Source: Takakia lepidozioides (lineage: Eukaryota > Plantae > Bryophyta). Taken from it: a stretch of 64,000 nt of DNA. Both the position numbers and the translations under genes were made by a program. How positions within the stretch are numbered: position 1 is the first letter of the stretch; each line of letters begins with the position of its first letter. Shown piece by piece: positions 40,151-54,090 of this stretch. The stretch is taken from NCBI GenBank assembly GCA_030704615.1, contig CM060731.1, positions 38,006,001 to 38,070,000 on the forward strand, in the 5' to 3' direction. The notes beneath the pieces were generated by a model. The model ran no database searches, had not been told where the DNA came from, and saw only the letters and a list, made by a program, of their open reading frames with translations.

Positions 40151-40713
40151 TCCTGCCCTCTTAAAGTGTAGTGTATTAATTGGAAGAGGGCAATGGCTGT
40201 GGGCTTGGGGCGCTTATAAAGGAGGGTAGGCCCCTCTTCACTTTCACTCCAATCTCAGCTTTGTTGCCCTCGGATGCGTGACATTCGTGGAAGAGAGTTG
40301 GCTAGGAGGGGCCCATGGAAAGGGGTCATGAAGTTTTGCCTTTTCTTCCATGGAAACCACTGGTAAACCTTTGAACCCTTTTCATTTGATTTAAACTATT
40401 TTTCAAATGTTGTGTCGTGTAGTTGAAGAGATGCAAGTAGTGAAAAGGGGAGACAAATGGGTCAAGCCTCCTCAGTGTTGACATAGGTACGACATATGTA
40501 AATATATTTTGTAAGTATGATCATGGTGGAGGTAGTCACAAATGATCACTACAGAGTATTGTTTTGGTTCTCTGCAGGGCGATTTGCAGGCCAATATTGA
40601 AGGGTTGTGAATACAAGCACGCATGACATTCCCCGCAAAATGGCTGAAGGAAGCAAAGATGGGCGTCCCGTACCCCAACATATTGGACCTGAGCAGGCAA
40701 GCAACAAATCTTA

Positions 40714-42975
40714 TTGCAAAGATGTAAGGCAACAATTGAACAGCGAAATTTCACAAAATTGGGACATGTTCTGGCCGAAGAGGGTTGGGAGGACTTTCCT
40801 TTGAATTGCAAGTGGACATGGTTTCGATGCACAAAAATACGTGAAAATGCATCATATAAACTGTTTGTGGCCTTTGGAAAGACATGCGGTGCAAACGAGG
40901 CAAAATTGTTCGGAATTCGCTTCCTGCATGAACGAACATTTTCGGCATAGGCCACGTGAGGTGAGCCTTAAATTCTGGGGCGAGGAGTTGTACAAAAACC
41001 AAATTAACGACACCTTAGCAGCTATGGTGTATGTAGAGCTTGTTTTGCACAGAGTTGTGGATTGGCAAACCGCCACAAAGAGGAAGAAGCCGAAAGTATG
41101 GCCTGGTAGTGACATTCCCGACACTTTTGTGCAACAGCTTCAACCCACGGAGCAAGTGCAGGGTAAGTCTGCATTGTTGGAGCATGAGGCTTCAACGCTC
41201 GAATCAATGCAACCAAGTCTCATGAAAGAACTGGCCACACGAGACCGTCGAATCAAAGAATTGGAGGAGCTCGTTGAAAAGCAGAGGAAACAAATACTGA
41301 ACTTGCAAATGAAAGTGGAATCAACTTGCCATTCCGTCGATGTTTATAATTGTACCGCACCAGTCATCCATAGAACCGCCAACTATAAACAGATGCATAC
41401 TGAAGGGAGCCAAGGGGTAGGAGAAATGGTCATGGCAGATTCCAAAGCCAGGCCAATACCCTGGTATATGGAATACATTGTGCCAAAGGAACAACAAATT
41501 GTGAATGAAAGAAGTCGGAAAGGGAAAGAGGTCATGCTTGAATCTGGAGAATGTTCGAGGACAACCGTTCACACTGATTATTTTGGTGAATTGTATGAGG
41601 TGGTTAGGGAGCGGGATACTGCTAGGGCGGTTGCCTCCCGTTTGGCGCACGATATGGACATTCGGAGGTATGTACCAGGGCACTGGGAAAATTGGGTGTG
41701 GTTTGGAAAAAATTTGGCATCATGAGTACGAGAAAAGAAGTGGGCGTTGTCTCAACTACAAGAGATTGCAGGTATGCTAGGCGGCCTTTATCGAGACAAC
41801 ATTACCGCTAACTTGGAGAGGTATAACAATTATATTCGCAATAAGGAGAACTTGCAGTTAATTGGGTTCACCCTCTGGGCTGATGTAGAAGAAATGTTTA
41901 ACCGTTGTTCGCACACAATTTCTAATACCAACATGAGCATTAACTGGCCGGAACTAGAGCTTGAGGAAGAGTGGGATACGAGGCCGCGAAAATCAGCCCA
42001 TGTGAAACTCAATGATCGTACGGATATACCACAAAACCATGTGCCTTCATTCATCACAGATGGATTAGTATGCACGATTTGTGAAAACCCCTTTGGACCA
42101 GAGGAGCACACATGCTTGGGTCTTGTGGGCATTTCTTCCACAACACATGTCTTGTAACAGCTGCCCTTACTCGGTGTGCATGCCCAAAGTGCCATACGCC
42201 AATCCATCGTCAATACTATGAATTGTATGGCTTGGAGGAGATCATGCCAATAGGGTACGAATACAACAGACACAACTTGCCAATGGACCAAGAGCCTTTC
42301 TCGTTTGTCAATTTGCGGCATTGGGGTGAAGTCATGTTGTGGAATCCATATACAAGGATGCATGACCTACTTGCGGAGGATACAAGCAGAGAGTTCAACA
42401 TGGATACATTTTGGGTCACATCAAACTGGGAAATCACGAAATGTGCGCGATGCATACCCAATGCTGAAGAAATAGAACTGTTTTGCCGGCATTTTGGAGG
42501 ACATTGGAGTGAAAGAATAGGTAGGTTCTTCCGAATGCCAGAGTCTCCTGTGACAGGGGTGAATATGGAGAAATACGACGAACAACCACTTGGGAGGATG
42601 TCATTTCAACTCACAATGGAAAGACCATCCATAGAATATATACACCTCCTCGACGCACACAATGTCGATAGTACAGATGAAGAGGAGGAGGATGCAAAAG
42701 CGAGAGAGATGATGGATGAATATAAATCAACAATCAATTCAATGTTGAAGAACTGGAACATATTAGTGGATACCCCGTGGTCTTCCTTATTGGCATTTGG
42801 TGGATGGCCCAACAATAATTGCAGAATTGAATGCAACCTTTGGTTTCAACTACAATGTTGCTTGCAACTTACCTTCACTAGCACGGCGCCAAAATCAACG
42901 TGCCGAAGAAATTACAGAAGCACATTCATCTGTGACACAACGATTGATGGGAGGGGTGGAATATGCTTCTGTTGA
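40714..42975 (+). pseudogene. Frameshifted coiled-coil + RING-H2 finger gene, probably TE-borne
   Basis: Coiled coil RDRRIKELEELVEKQRKQILNLQ; CTIC...(frameshift ~42110)...CGHFFHNTC...CPKC. Confidence 0.65.
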
Positions 42976-43456
42976 TAGCGCTATCACGCTTTGATCCATG
43001 TTTCCTCTTTTTCCCTGATGAACTTCCCGTCCCAGTGCTAGACCCTGTTCCAGACATTGCTTGGTATGTTATGGCAAGAAAATGAAATCAGATCTTGGAA
43101 CAAACTGCACAAAAATAGATTGTCTCCCGACACCCCCCCTCAACTGGCCTAAACCCTTCCCCCTCCCAAATCGGTTTGTGCACCTTTTCGGTCACACGCT
43201 GGACGTGACTCCAAACCAATTCTCTCGTCAGTTCAAGGATAAAAAACTCAAAAATCTCCCCCCTCAAATGCCAAGCACCCTTGCCTAAGCCAATTCTCTC
43301 GTCAGTTCAGGGAAAAAAAAATCAAAGACCTCCCGCCTGCCCTTTTATACCCCTCCACCCTCCGCCCTGCCCATACCCCCAAACCCAACCCCCCACCCGC
43401 ATCCCGCCACACAGCGATCGCCCATCCCGCACGCGGCGCCACGTGGTGGTCCCGCC

Positions 43457-46400
43457 ACTGTGATCATAAAGATCATCTTCTGTATCTGTATCTTAACTCC
43501 TCTTATCAATCCCAATGGCTGTACACTTCTTTGATCTGCCATTGTTACTGTAAATGGGGCTGGTTTCATGTTACTTAGACCAAGCTTCTTCCTTAATTGG
43601 TCTGTCATGATATTTACTCCAGAGCCTCCATCTATCAGTACATCAGTTAGTTCTGTGCTTCCAATTCTCAATTGGATTACTGGCATAGAATCATCAAAGT
43701 CCATGACTGTTTCTCGCCCTTCCGGCTTCACATTATAACTGGTCACCTTGCTGTTCAGGTCTGTGTTTCCTGTCTCCTGGGCAATTCGATTGATTGCTTG
43801 ATACAGCCTGTGCCTACAATAAGGTGCCATAGCTAATAGCTATCCAATGGTAATTTCTGCTTTGGTCTGGCATATTACTTCAGCCAAAGTCTCTTCATTA
43901 CTTTGCATGTCTGCATCTTCCTTCTTCCTTTCTTCCTCACTCCCTTCTTTTTCTCCATCAGAATTAGAGGAATCTGCCACAGGAATATCAGTACTCTTTT
44001 GCATTTCCCTTATAGTATCTGCCACTTCCTTGTGCAGTTCCTTCTCATCTTTCCAAGTCTCTTCATCTTCAGGCATATCATTGCCACTTCCATTATCATC
44101 TTCTTCCTCTTCTACTGGAGGTATTAGTTTGGCTTTACTTCTTGTTACTATCATTGTACTTACTTCTGGTACAACACATGGCCTAACCATGTGAGCTGCC
44201 ACCACTGGGCCCTCATTCACAGGAGCTCTCATCTCATTCTGGTGTCTTATCCAGAATGAACAGGCTGCCTTGCGATGTCCTGGCTGATTACAATAGTAAC
44301 ATAGCTCTTCACCATTGGGTCCTCGCCCTTGGTCTGTTCTTGGATTATTTCTATAATCCTGATTCCCGGGCTGGTAATTCCCCCTTGGATTACCCTGATA
44401 GTTGCCTCTGGAATTTCCTTGGTAATTCCCTCTTGAATTACCTCTCCCTTCCATGCCATTGTTATAACCACCAGACCTACCATAGTGGTCCTGATCATTG
44501 TTTCTTCTTGGCTGGGGCTGCACCTGATGCACCCTTACTTGCCTAGGTTCTCTTGCAGCTGTCCTTCTGTTGTAGTAACAATTCTCAGTAGAATGGTTAT
44601 CCATTTTACAGATAGTACAGTGTTTCTCCTTCATGTGGCATTCTGTGGTGGTATGGCCTTCATTCTGGCACTTTGCACACCATACACCCTTCCTCCAATG
44701 TGTTGCAGCCTCTGTGGCATACTTCTTCAAGATTTCTTCCAATTTTTTTTCATAGTTATCCCTCTTCAATTTCTCCTTTCTCTTACTCTTTCTTTTTAGT
44801 TCTTGCTCTTCTTCTTCATCTGACTCATCCTCAGAGTCCTCATCTTTTTTTTTTCTCTCCTGAGCATTCCCAATTGCTCAATTCTGTTCGCAGTTTCAAA
44901 TGCCTCCTCCACTGTATTATGGGGTAACATATCCACTTTCTTTTGCAACTCTGGTCTTAGTCCACTCACAAACCAAGTCTTCTGTAAACCGGGTGCTGGT
45001 ACTGCAGCCAGCTTTTTCATCATCAATTCCATCTTCTCCATATACTCTTCAACAGTTGCATGCTTCTTCTGCTTCAGCTGTTGTAAACTTCCATACACTT
45101 CATCCTCAGTTTTACTTGTTCTGAACCTATTTCGAAATGCTGTATTCAAGCCATTCCAGGTTAAGAAATGATTATCAGGGAATCTTGCATACCATTCACT
45201 TGCTTTCTTGATAAGTGAACAAGGAAACAGTCTCATCTTGGCATCATCGCCATTCTCATTGTTCACTATACACATGTGCTCAAATTGGCTAATGTGTACA
45301 TCGGGATCCCCTTTTCCTGAATATATTGGAAAGGGTGGTTTGCCCGTGTTGGTTGTAACGCCATCTGTGGCCCTACCTTCTGCCCACTGACAGGTGCTGG
45401 CATCCTTGCTGTTGCTGGTCCTTCTGGACCTGTTGTTTTTGTGGTGGATCTTCCACCAAGTGGTGGCCCTTGAGCACTCCCTGCTTCTGGCCCCACGATA
45501 TTCACAGTATTCCCAGCTTCAGTTGCACTACTTCCCACACTCCCTGTCCCCCCAGAGCCAGATCCAGGCAGCCCGCCTGATCCCCTGAGCCGACACCTTC
45601 GTTGGCCTGTGATCCAAGTGCTCCACTTGATCCAGGTCCAACGGGTTGGGATGTCCTGGTTGTAGTCTCAACCTCAGCTATTGGGTCTACTTCTTCATAT
45701 TCTTCCTCTTCCAATTTCTTCTCTCTGTTTTCATCCTCCAAGTTCTGCCCTTGGGTTTCTTCTTCACTCATGTAACTCAACTGTAATGTTATTGGAGAGT
45801 CTGAATTCTCCGTTGGCTCTGCCACATCCTCTTCTCCTTCTTCACCTTCTGCTTCAGAAACTGGAGTTCCTGCTTTTGGTGTTCCATGCCAACTCTTATC
45901 AAAGATTTCTGTCAAATCTTTTATCCAAGGATGTACCTCAGATCTTTCACCTCGTGATTGATCTTCTTCCTGTACCAATTCCCTTGCAAAGAAACAGAAG
46001 GAGTGGCATCCAACTCTAGTTCTTCCGGTATAGGTGATGTACTCTTTGATCTTATTGGTGTGAGAGGTCCAGATGATTCCCCTATGTCTATTCCTCTCTC
46101 CCAAAGATATGGATAATTAGCTTTCAGATAGCTTTCTCTTTTTGCTGAATATCTCTGGCGTCTAGCTTCTCTTTCATCACTCATGTCCCATGTCTTTCAT
46201 TTCTTTTAATGTGGCAATAACCAAAACTCTCTTCTGTAATATCTCTCGTATATGCCTGGGTTTCTTTCAAGCTTCAATGCACCCTTGGCTATACTTGAAG
46301 TCTCCGTTACCATATAACCATATGGCAAACAAGTCTGAAAAGCTGTTCTTGGTGTGAGTTTGATCCACAAAATATCCTTTGGAATCCAATTCTTTACCAG

Positions 46401-47678
46401 TACAAGCTCTTCATGCATATGAGTATAAACATTCACCTTTCTTTCTTCCCAGCCTTCAAACTCTACTCGCTTAATGGATAGCAATGCTATCACATAAACC
46501 AATGTTGGTAACCAACGTGCTCTTCCTCTACAGGCTACCTGATAAATCTTTATCACTCCTTTCTCCAGACCCCATTCCGGATCAGCATCATGCACTCGCT
46601 TAAGAATATTTTCTTTACAACCGTCTGGCAATTCCAAGAACCTTTGAAAGAATTGTTTGGACAATCTTTCTTCCTTCGTTCCACAGGGAATTTGATTCAC
46701 TTCAAATTCTTTAATGGTCCAACCACCATGATCCCACCAGATGCCTGTCACATCTGGTTGTTCATGACTCAGTTCCCCAGTATGGTCGCCAAATGTCGCG
46801 CGGCTTTTACTCACCCATCCCTTCGCTATTCGAGGCGGAAACTCCAAGATAGAAGAGTTGGAAATCTCTAAGTACTCAGCCCGCGCAGAACAATCAGTCA
46901 TGACCTACAGCTAGTGTATCATGGGGGTGTTTCCTATTTGTTTCCCTTTTGACATTCATGTTAGCTACCTTACCATTTATAATTAAGTATCAGTTTGCTT
47001 TATCAATCTATTGGATTCCATCAACTCATCCATTCATTCCACAGCTTCACTCAGATCTCTCTACACAGTGTGATTGTATCGTAAAAGTATCCGATTATGA
47101 TTTATCAGGTATCAGGCCGAAGCCATCGTGTCTCTAATCTGCTCTACAATATCATTACAGCCTTGCATATAACAAGCATCTACTCATCATCTCTCTATCT
47201 TCACTTCCGTTCTTCATCTCTGCCCGATCCCCTCTCCTCCATGACCAAGAAGTCCTCCACCCAATGATATTTCCAAAATTCCCCGCTTCTCCCTTTATCT
47301 TCCTACCCGTGGTTCTAACCGTTTCCCTCACTAACCGTCGTCTGTGAACTAACATGTTCCCTTTGCAGGTGTTGTTCCCCACAGTCGTTCCCTGTCCTGC
47401 TCTCCGTTCCCTATGATCGTGACAGCTGTGTCAAGCTGTGACTGGCTGTGTGAAACTGTGACGGGCTGTGACTGGTTGTGCGACTGTGTTTGGCTGTGTC
47501 GGGCTGTGACTGGCTGTGTGGCTGTGTCGGCTGTGACGACTGTGACGGGCTGTGTTGGCTGTGTCGGCTGTGACTACTGTGACGGGCTGTGTAACCCCCC
47601 TCTATAGTGCGCTGCTGTCACCCCTAAGGCTCCTGTTGGTCTCAGTCTGTGCAAAAATTAAGGGTACCTTACAGATCC
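43457..47678 (-). mobile_element. Family A 5' portion (LTR 46794-47678, PBS 46774-46791, gag, protease), truncated
   Basis: ORFs 46206-46901, 44796-45275, 43840-44769, 43345-43830. Confidence 0.92.
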
Positions 47679-48245
47679 TGTGCCCTTTGCCTTCAACACT
47701 ATGAAAATGACCTCCTGCAGATCTTACACTAGAAGAGCTATGCGCTCTTTCTATACTGTGCAAAAGTTTCGGGTTACCACTAACATGTTTGCTTGCTCCC
47801 GAATCAACGTACCAATCTTCATCCTCGATTTCTGCAACAAGGGCATTCTTTTCGACTTCAAGTGTTGCCATCGCAGCTTCCAGAATTCTATTGTGGTATC
47901 TGAAGTATCACCCCCATCAGCTTCATCGTCAGGCTCATTCTCCTCTTTAATTGCGTTGACTTGTCGATTTCTGGCTTTGAGAATTTTTTCGTAAGGAGGC
48001 ACAGTTCTTTGCCCAATGACCAAACTTACCACATCTGTTGCACGTCATTGTCTGCTTTCTATCGCCAGTCTGCTTTCCTCCAAACTTTTGATCTCCCTCA
48101 GGCCTCCTTCGAAACTTCACCCACAAAGCCTCTTTGTCCTTCTTTTTGTTTTTCAGCTCCCTCCTGCTTTCTTCGTGTAGCAATTTTGCAGTCAGTTCAT
48201 CAAGTGTGGGAAGATCTTTTTGACTCAATATAGATTAAACATAAC
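47679..48245 (-). mobile_element. Ty1/Copia gag-protease fragment
   Basis: LDELTAKLLHEESR, CNRCGKFGHWAKNC, WYVDSGASKHVSG, VEGKG. Confidence 0.88.
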
Positions 48246-48277
48246 TGTTAGAGGACTGTCTGGGACTTAGACACTTA
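48246..48277 (+). repeat. 32-bp terminal stub of a family A LTR
   Basis: TGTTAGAGGACTGTCTGGGACTTAGACACTTA, essentially the piece missing from the LTR ending at 47678. Confidence 0.8.
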
Positions 48278-50160
48278 AGGGAGAGAAACTTTACAGCGTC
48301 CACAGGAAGGTGTTAGAGAGACAGAGAGAGAGGTGCGGGACATCGGACAGACAAAGGCTTCCAAAATGAGACGCAGAAAAAAGTCTTGCCTTTTGGTGTG
48401 CATGTAGTTGTTACAATTCATTATATGCATGTGGCAATTCCTTTGGAGGGACCAGTGGTGCAATAAAGAAAATTACAGATGTTCTGTATGTGCCTGGGTT
48501 GAGGAAGAAATGGTGGCCGGGGGCGAGGTGGAGCACCTCAAAGAGCATAAGGTGGTCAGGCATGAGGTGCAAGACGAGGCCAAGCACAACATGGCCAAGG
48601 TCGTGGAGGTCAGGGCATTGACCAAGGCATGGCCAACCGGCTTAGGAGGAACGGGGGGTGGACCCTCACGTCTTGGAGCTGGTACTACATGAGTTGTGGC
48701 CATGGCAGCAAGCCTCTGCTCTACCAACAGCGTCATCTTGATGGAGGAGACATGGCAGGCATGGGAGTCATGGGATTTATGTGCGGGGCAACACTTGAAT
48801 GGCCCACTTATACAGGTGGATTCTGCTGCAGCCGTGACTCGAGGAATAGCACGAGTTCATGAGCCACGAGGAGCAGAGGTGGAGTTAGATCCACAGCGTG
48901 GGGAGGCAAGCCGTCAGGCCAGGCTGCCTCAATCATTCACATTGGCGGAGACAGTGTTGACGCCATCCATGGCACATAGTTCTCGCCCCACGGATACCGA
49001 GGCGGAGGTTATTGTGCCATTGGGGAGAGCTACACATGCAGCGCCGATACCTGCTGCTAAGGCTAGTGCAGCGAGTGTGCTGTTGGGGGCGGCCACCTCT
49101 GTGTGTCAGGCCCCACTGTTCTCGGCAACCATGATTGCGACGCCGGGGGTAAGACCAGCTGTAGTGTTCAGACTAGCAACAACACTGTGTGAGAGTGGGG
49201 AGGTCACTTCATCTTCTGCGGAGTTAGTGGAAAGTGTAGTGGCGGAAGGATCCTTGGATTTGAGGGTCAAGACTGCCACGGCTGCGCCATGGCAAGCTGC
49301 AGCTGCGAGGTTGACGGAGCTGCCAGCTAGGCCAGCCTTTGAACGGGCTATGGTGACACCTGGAGTTGTTTTGTTGGATAAGCAGGATGGTGTTTTCTGT
49401 TTGAGTGGGCCGGCGGGCAAGAGGTTTCAGCCACTACGAGTACTGCTGGACTCGGGAGCTCAGCCACTTATGCTGGGCAGAGCTGCTATCGCAGGTTTGG
49501 GGCACAGAGGCGGACATGGAGCCTTGTTCTTTCCAGATACAGACATCTCTGGGGGGATCAGAGAGGGCTCGAGGCATGACACGCCATGAGTTGTTCATTA
49601 TACTACAGCCGAATTATCCTACAGATGGCTCAGTTATGCGAGCCAAGGCCATTGTGACGGACGCAATTTCATATGATGTGTTGGTTGGTGGGGCAGTATT
49701 ATATCCCATGGGCTTCACCCTGGATTTTTGGGAGGAGTCGGCCTCGTATAGGCCTGGATGGCAATCAGGAGATGGCCGTTGTTTGCAACTCCCTATGACA
49801 TTCATTGGGGGTGTTGCAGCTGCCCAGCGGGGCAAGATACCGATACTAACAGCCTTCACAGGTATAATGAGTTGGCTTGGAGAATTGCTAGAAAGCAATG
49901 CTCATGCAGAGAATGTGCCACCTCCAGCAGAGCAAGATGATATGTATGGTACGGCGGAGTTGCCTACCATGGTTGCTCACACTCCATTATGGGGCATGAG
50001 CAAAGATTTGCAGCAGGCTGCTGATAGACGGGTGCAACAAGCCTGGGTAGAGGCATTTGTACCGTCAGGAGAGGAGGAGAGTGCGGTGATTGCACCAGGA
50101 CCACCTCAGTTGTCGCCATTGGATACCACACCTATTGTGTGGCAGTACCCGGATGAAGAC

Positions 50161-51110
50161 ATATGCCTTCTAGACTTGTTTGGCGGGATCAACACTGGAT
50201 TGGCTACAGTGCTGTAGGCAGGTCATGTACAAGTTCGGCGTTACCTGTATGTGGAGAGGGATGAGACTGCACGACGCGTCTCACTGCGCTATGTTGCTAA
50301 GTTGGTGCAGCAATATCTTGATTTGTTGCCGGTGTCTGCAGTTCGTGGATACCAGCAAGCCTTACCAGCAGACATCTCTTTGCTGGGGGCGCAAGATTTG
50401 GAGCGGGTTGGCCCGATTCAATTGGTAGTGGCAGGTTGGCCCTGCCAATGACATTCATTAGCCGGGCATAGCAATGGGTTAGAAGACTCAAGGTCACACC
50501 TGTTTTGGGAAATGATTTGCAGCTTCAGCAGACAGACTCTCCGACATATATCTTGGAGAATGTGCCACTGATGGGTGATTCTCGGGCCAAGGTGATGGCC
50601 AGTGTGCATCAAGTGCGGTCTTGGCTTGGGTTACCAATGTTGCTGGATGCAGCTGCAGTGGGGTCACGAGCTCATCGCCCACGACTATGGTGGACCAACT
50701 TGATGCCACCTGCACTGCTCAAGCGTGCATTTGATGGGGTGCAGCGGCCACCAAACCTGACGGTGGATAGCATTTTGGACATAGGGAGGCAGTCTCAGCA
50801 TGTGAGACACGATGATCGATCACCTTTGGCAGTGGTCAATAAGGTGGGTCACCCACGAGCAGCATTGCCTACACTCCTCAGCTTTCCAAGATCTCATGCT
50901 TTCTGGGATGGTGGACCTGGCCTCTTGTGGGATAGCCAGTTGCAGCAGTTAGTGGAGCCCAATGCTGACGAGCGCAAGTGGGCGTTGGGTTTTACCACTG
51001 GTACCACGGCGGTGCCATCTCTTTCTGAGGCATCATGTCGTCAGGTGTTGGGGCAAGCAATGGATCTCAATTGCTTGACCTGGATTATCAGCTTGGCTAT
51101 GGCTGAGCAG
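50161..51110 (+). pseudogene. DNMT3-like methyltransferase domain, copy 2
   Basis: ICLLDLFGGI, LVVAGWPCQ, YILENV, AHRPRLWWTN, VLGQAMDL; stops and frameshifts. Confidence 0.9.
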
Positions 51111-54090
51111 TGCAGAGTACGGAATACACTTCCCTTGATGGTCTCTCTGCCTACCGAGACGGTATAGGCAGCAAGTGGGGGCAAACAGGTGAGGATCACG
51201 AGGTGCACGCCGCATCCATGGCACACGTGGGAGGTGCTCGAGGTTCAGAGGGAGTTGGCAGCCAAGGCGGCGGTGATGGATGAGGTTGGGGATTTTTCTC
51301 GGGTTGAGGAGGTCCTCAATGATGAGATGATGGGGTAGGATGAGGCATTGTCACTGATAGAGCAGGCAGTGGTCACTGCTCAAGAGGTTGCAGCATAGCA
51401 ACCACGGGACGCGTCTTCTACCTCTAAGCCTGCTGGACTCAAGGTTGCAGTCATGGAGAACAACTGGGAGCCTGATGTTGGACCCATAGTCACCAGAGGA
51501 GAGAGACGACGTATACGGTGGTTCTTGAGGGCTTACAGGAATTGCTTTGCCTTCAGTTTGAAGGACTTAGGAGCACTGAAGGGTCAAGAGATTCGCATTG
51601 AATTGGCCACTGACACGCCAATCTTTCGGAGACCCTATAGATACAGTGACATGGAGAGGTCCTTGATTCAGATGAGGACTCATGACCTCTGGGAGGCTGG
51701 TTTGGTGGAGCTATCTGGTGGAGAGTATGCTTCAGCCACAGTGATGCCAGCCAAGAAAGATGTCTATGGCAATTGGACGGAGAGACGTATGTGCGGTGAT
51801 TACCGGCCTGTAAATCGTCAGACCAAGTCCGATAGGTATGCCATGCCAACACCAGAGGAGATCTTTGATGCCATTGGGCATGCCAAGGTCTTTAGCACTT
51901 TGGATTTACGATCCGGATATCACCAGTTGCCGATCAAGGAGGCGGATAAGCAGAAGACGACATTCTGGGGGATCAATGAGCACAGGAAGAATTGCCTATA
52001 CCAGTGGCGGTTCTTACCATTTGGGCTTAAGAACGCTCCTGCAGAGTTTCAGAGAGTCATGGACAGGATTCTAGCAGGGGTGGAGTTTGCTCGGTGCTAC
52101 ATAGATGACATCATCATCTTTAGTGCTACGGTGAAGGAGCATGAGAGACACCTTCAGGTGGTATTTGAGCGCTTGAGGGCACACGGATTGAAGTTACATC
52201 CGGGGAAGTGCAAGTTTTTCCACAACCAGATTGAGTATCTGGGTCACATGATATATCCTGGAGAATTGGGGGTACAACAGACTAAGGTAGAGGCCATTGC
52301 ACAGATTCCACGCCCCACGGATGTGAGCCGAGTTTGAGCTTTCATGGGGTTGACAAACTATTATTGACGGTTTGTTAAGGGATTTAGTGTCATTGCAAAG
52401 GCTCTAAGCAAGCTGACCAAGGTGGACCAGGAGTGGCAGTGGGAAGATGAGCAAGAACGAGCTTTTCAAGAGCTCAAGGCGAGGTTGACGTCGGCGCCCA
52501 TCTTGAGACGACCTATCAGGGGGCGTCCTTTTCAACTGCATACAGATTGGAGCATGCTGGGGCTTGGAGCGGTGCTCACACAGGTGGATGATGAGGGAAG
52601 AGAGTTCGTAGTGGTTTATGCTAGCCGCTCGAACAACGCTGCAGAGGCTAAATATAGCTCATATGAGGGAGAGTGCTTAGCTGCAGTGTGGGCCATGACA
52701 CATTTCAGGTGCTATCTATATGGCAATCTCTTCACCCTTGTCACGGATCACCAGCCACTCAAGTGGTTGATGAACAAGGTGGCGCCAAAGATATACATGA
52801 GGATTCAGCTGTGTTGGACTATCTCCGCACTGGAGACACAACAGCCACTGTGATTGCCAAGGAGAGGGATCGGATCCTACAACGAGCCAAGAGGTTCAAG
52901 TGGGAGAGGACACACTGCTCCGAGTGTGGGAGGATGGTCGAGTGAGGATTGTGCCTCACCCAACACAGCGGGCACGGTTAGTGCGGCATGCCCATGAGGA
53001 GTTGGGGCATTCTGGGGTGCGACGCACTCATAGTCTATTACAGGGGCAGTATTGGTGGCGTGGTATGCACACAGAGATGCAACAATTTGTGGCTAGGTGC
53101 ATGGTGTGTGACAGGGTGCGTGCTTCATTCAACGCCCCTACACCACAATTGCACCCTCTTCTGATCATGGGATTGGGCTATAGGTGGAGTCTTGACTTCG
53201 CAGGGCCGTTGTCATTGACCATGCGCCACAACAAGTACGTGTTGGTGATGGTGGAGCACTTCTCCAAGTGGATCGAGTTGGTTCCATTGCTTGATAAGGC
53301 TAGTGAGGGAGCTGCGTATGCATTCTTGGATTGTGTACTTAGCCGATTCGGTGCTCCAGCTGAGGTACTCACGGACCAACGGAGAGAGTTCTTGGGGGAG
53401 TTTCAGGAGTTGTGTGACAAGGCCTTGGTAGACCACCGCACCACTTCTCGGGATCATCCTGAGGCCGATGGCTTGGTAAAGAGGGTTGTTCAGATAGTGA
53501 AGAGGGGTTTGTGCAAGTATGGCTTGCAGAAGGGACACCTAGGAGATTGGGACCTTCAGTTACCCTGGTTAGCCATGGGTTATAGGTTCATCAAGCAAGC
53601 ATCACTTGCCTCCTTCTCACCATACTTTATTCTCTTTGGCCGAGAGCCAGATTTATCTGCATCCATTCATAGAGAAGCTGCTACAATTCTCAACCTTGAC
53701 GATCCGGACGTGTGGACACGTGCATGTGATCAGCGTGCAGAGTTCTTCAAGAAAGTCATGCCCATGGCTTTCGAGAACCTTGCCATTGCATAACATCATG
53801 ATATGTTGAGGTATGCTACCATACGTGGTAGGGGCTATCGTCCTAGGGTTCGGAGATTTAACCCTGGTGACTATGTTTATCTGTAGCAGACTGCTCCTAC
53901 GACCCTAGATGTGACTGCAAGACGTACTATTTTGAGGGTTCGAGAGATGTTGCCTTCAGGAGTCCTGATCTTGGAGGGTCGGGATGACATGACTTGGAAG
54001 GACCATGTGCGTAATTGCGCACCATGTCACCTTCCGAATGTCGATGGCAGGATTGACCCAAACCTGGCAGTGGTACCTGCAAGTTTGAGG

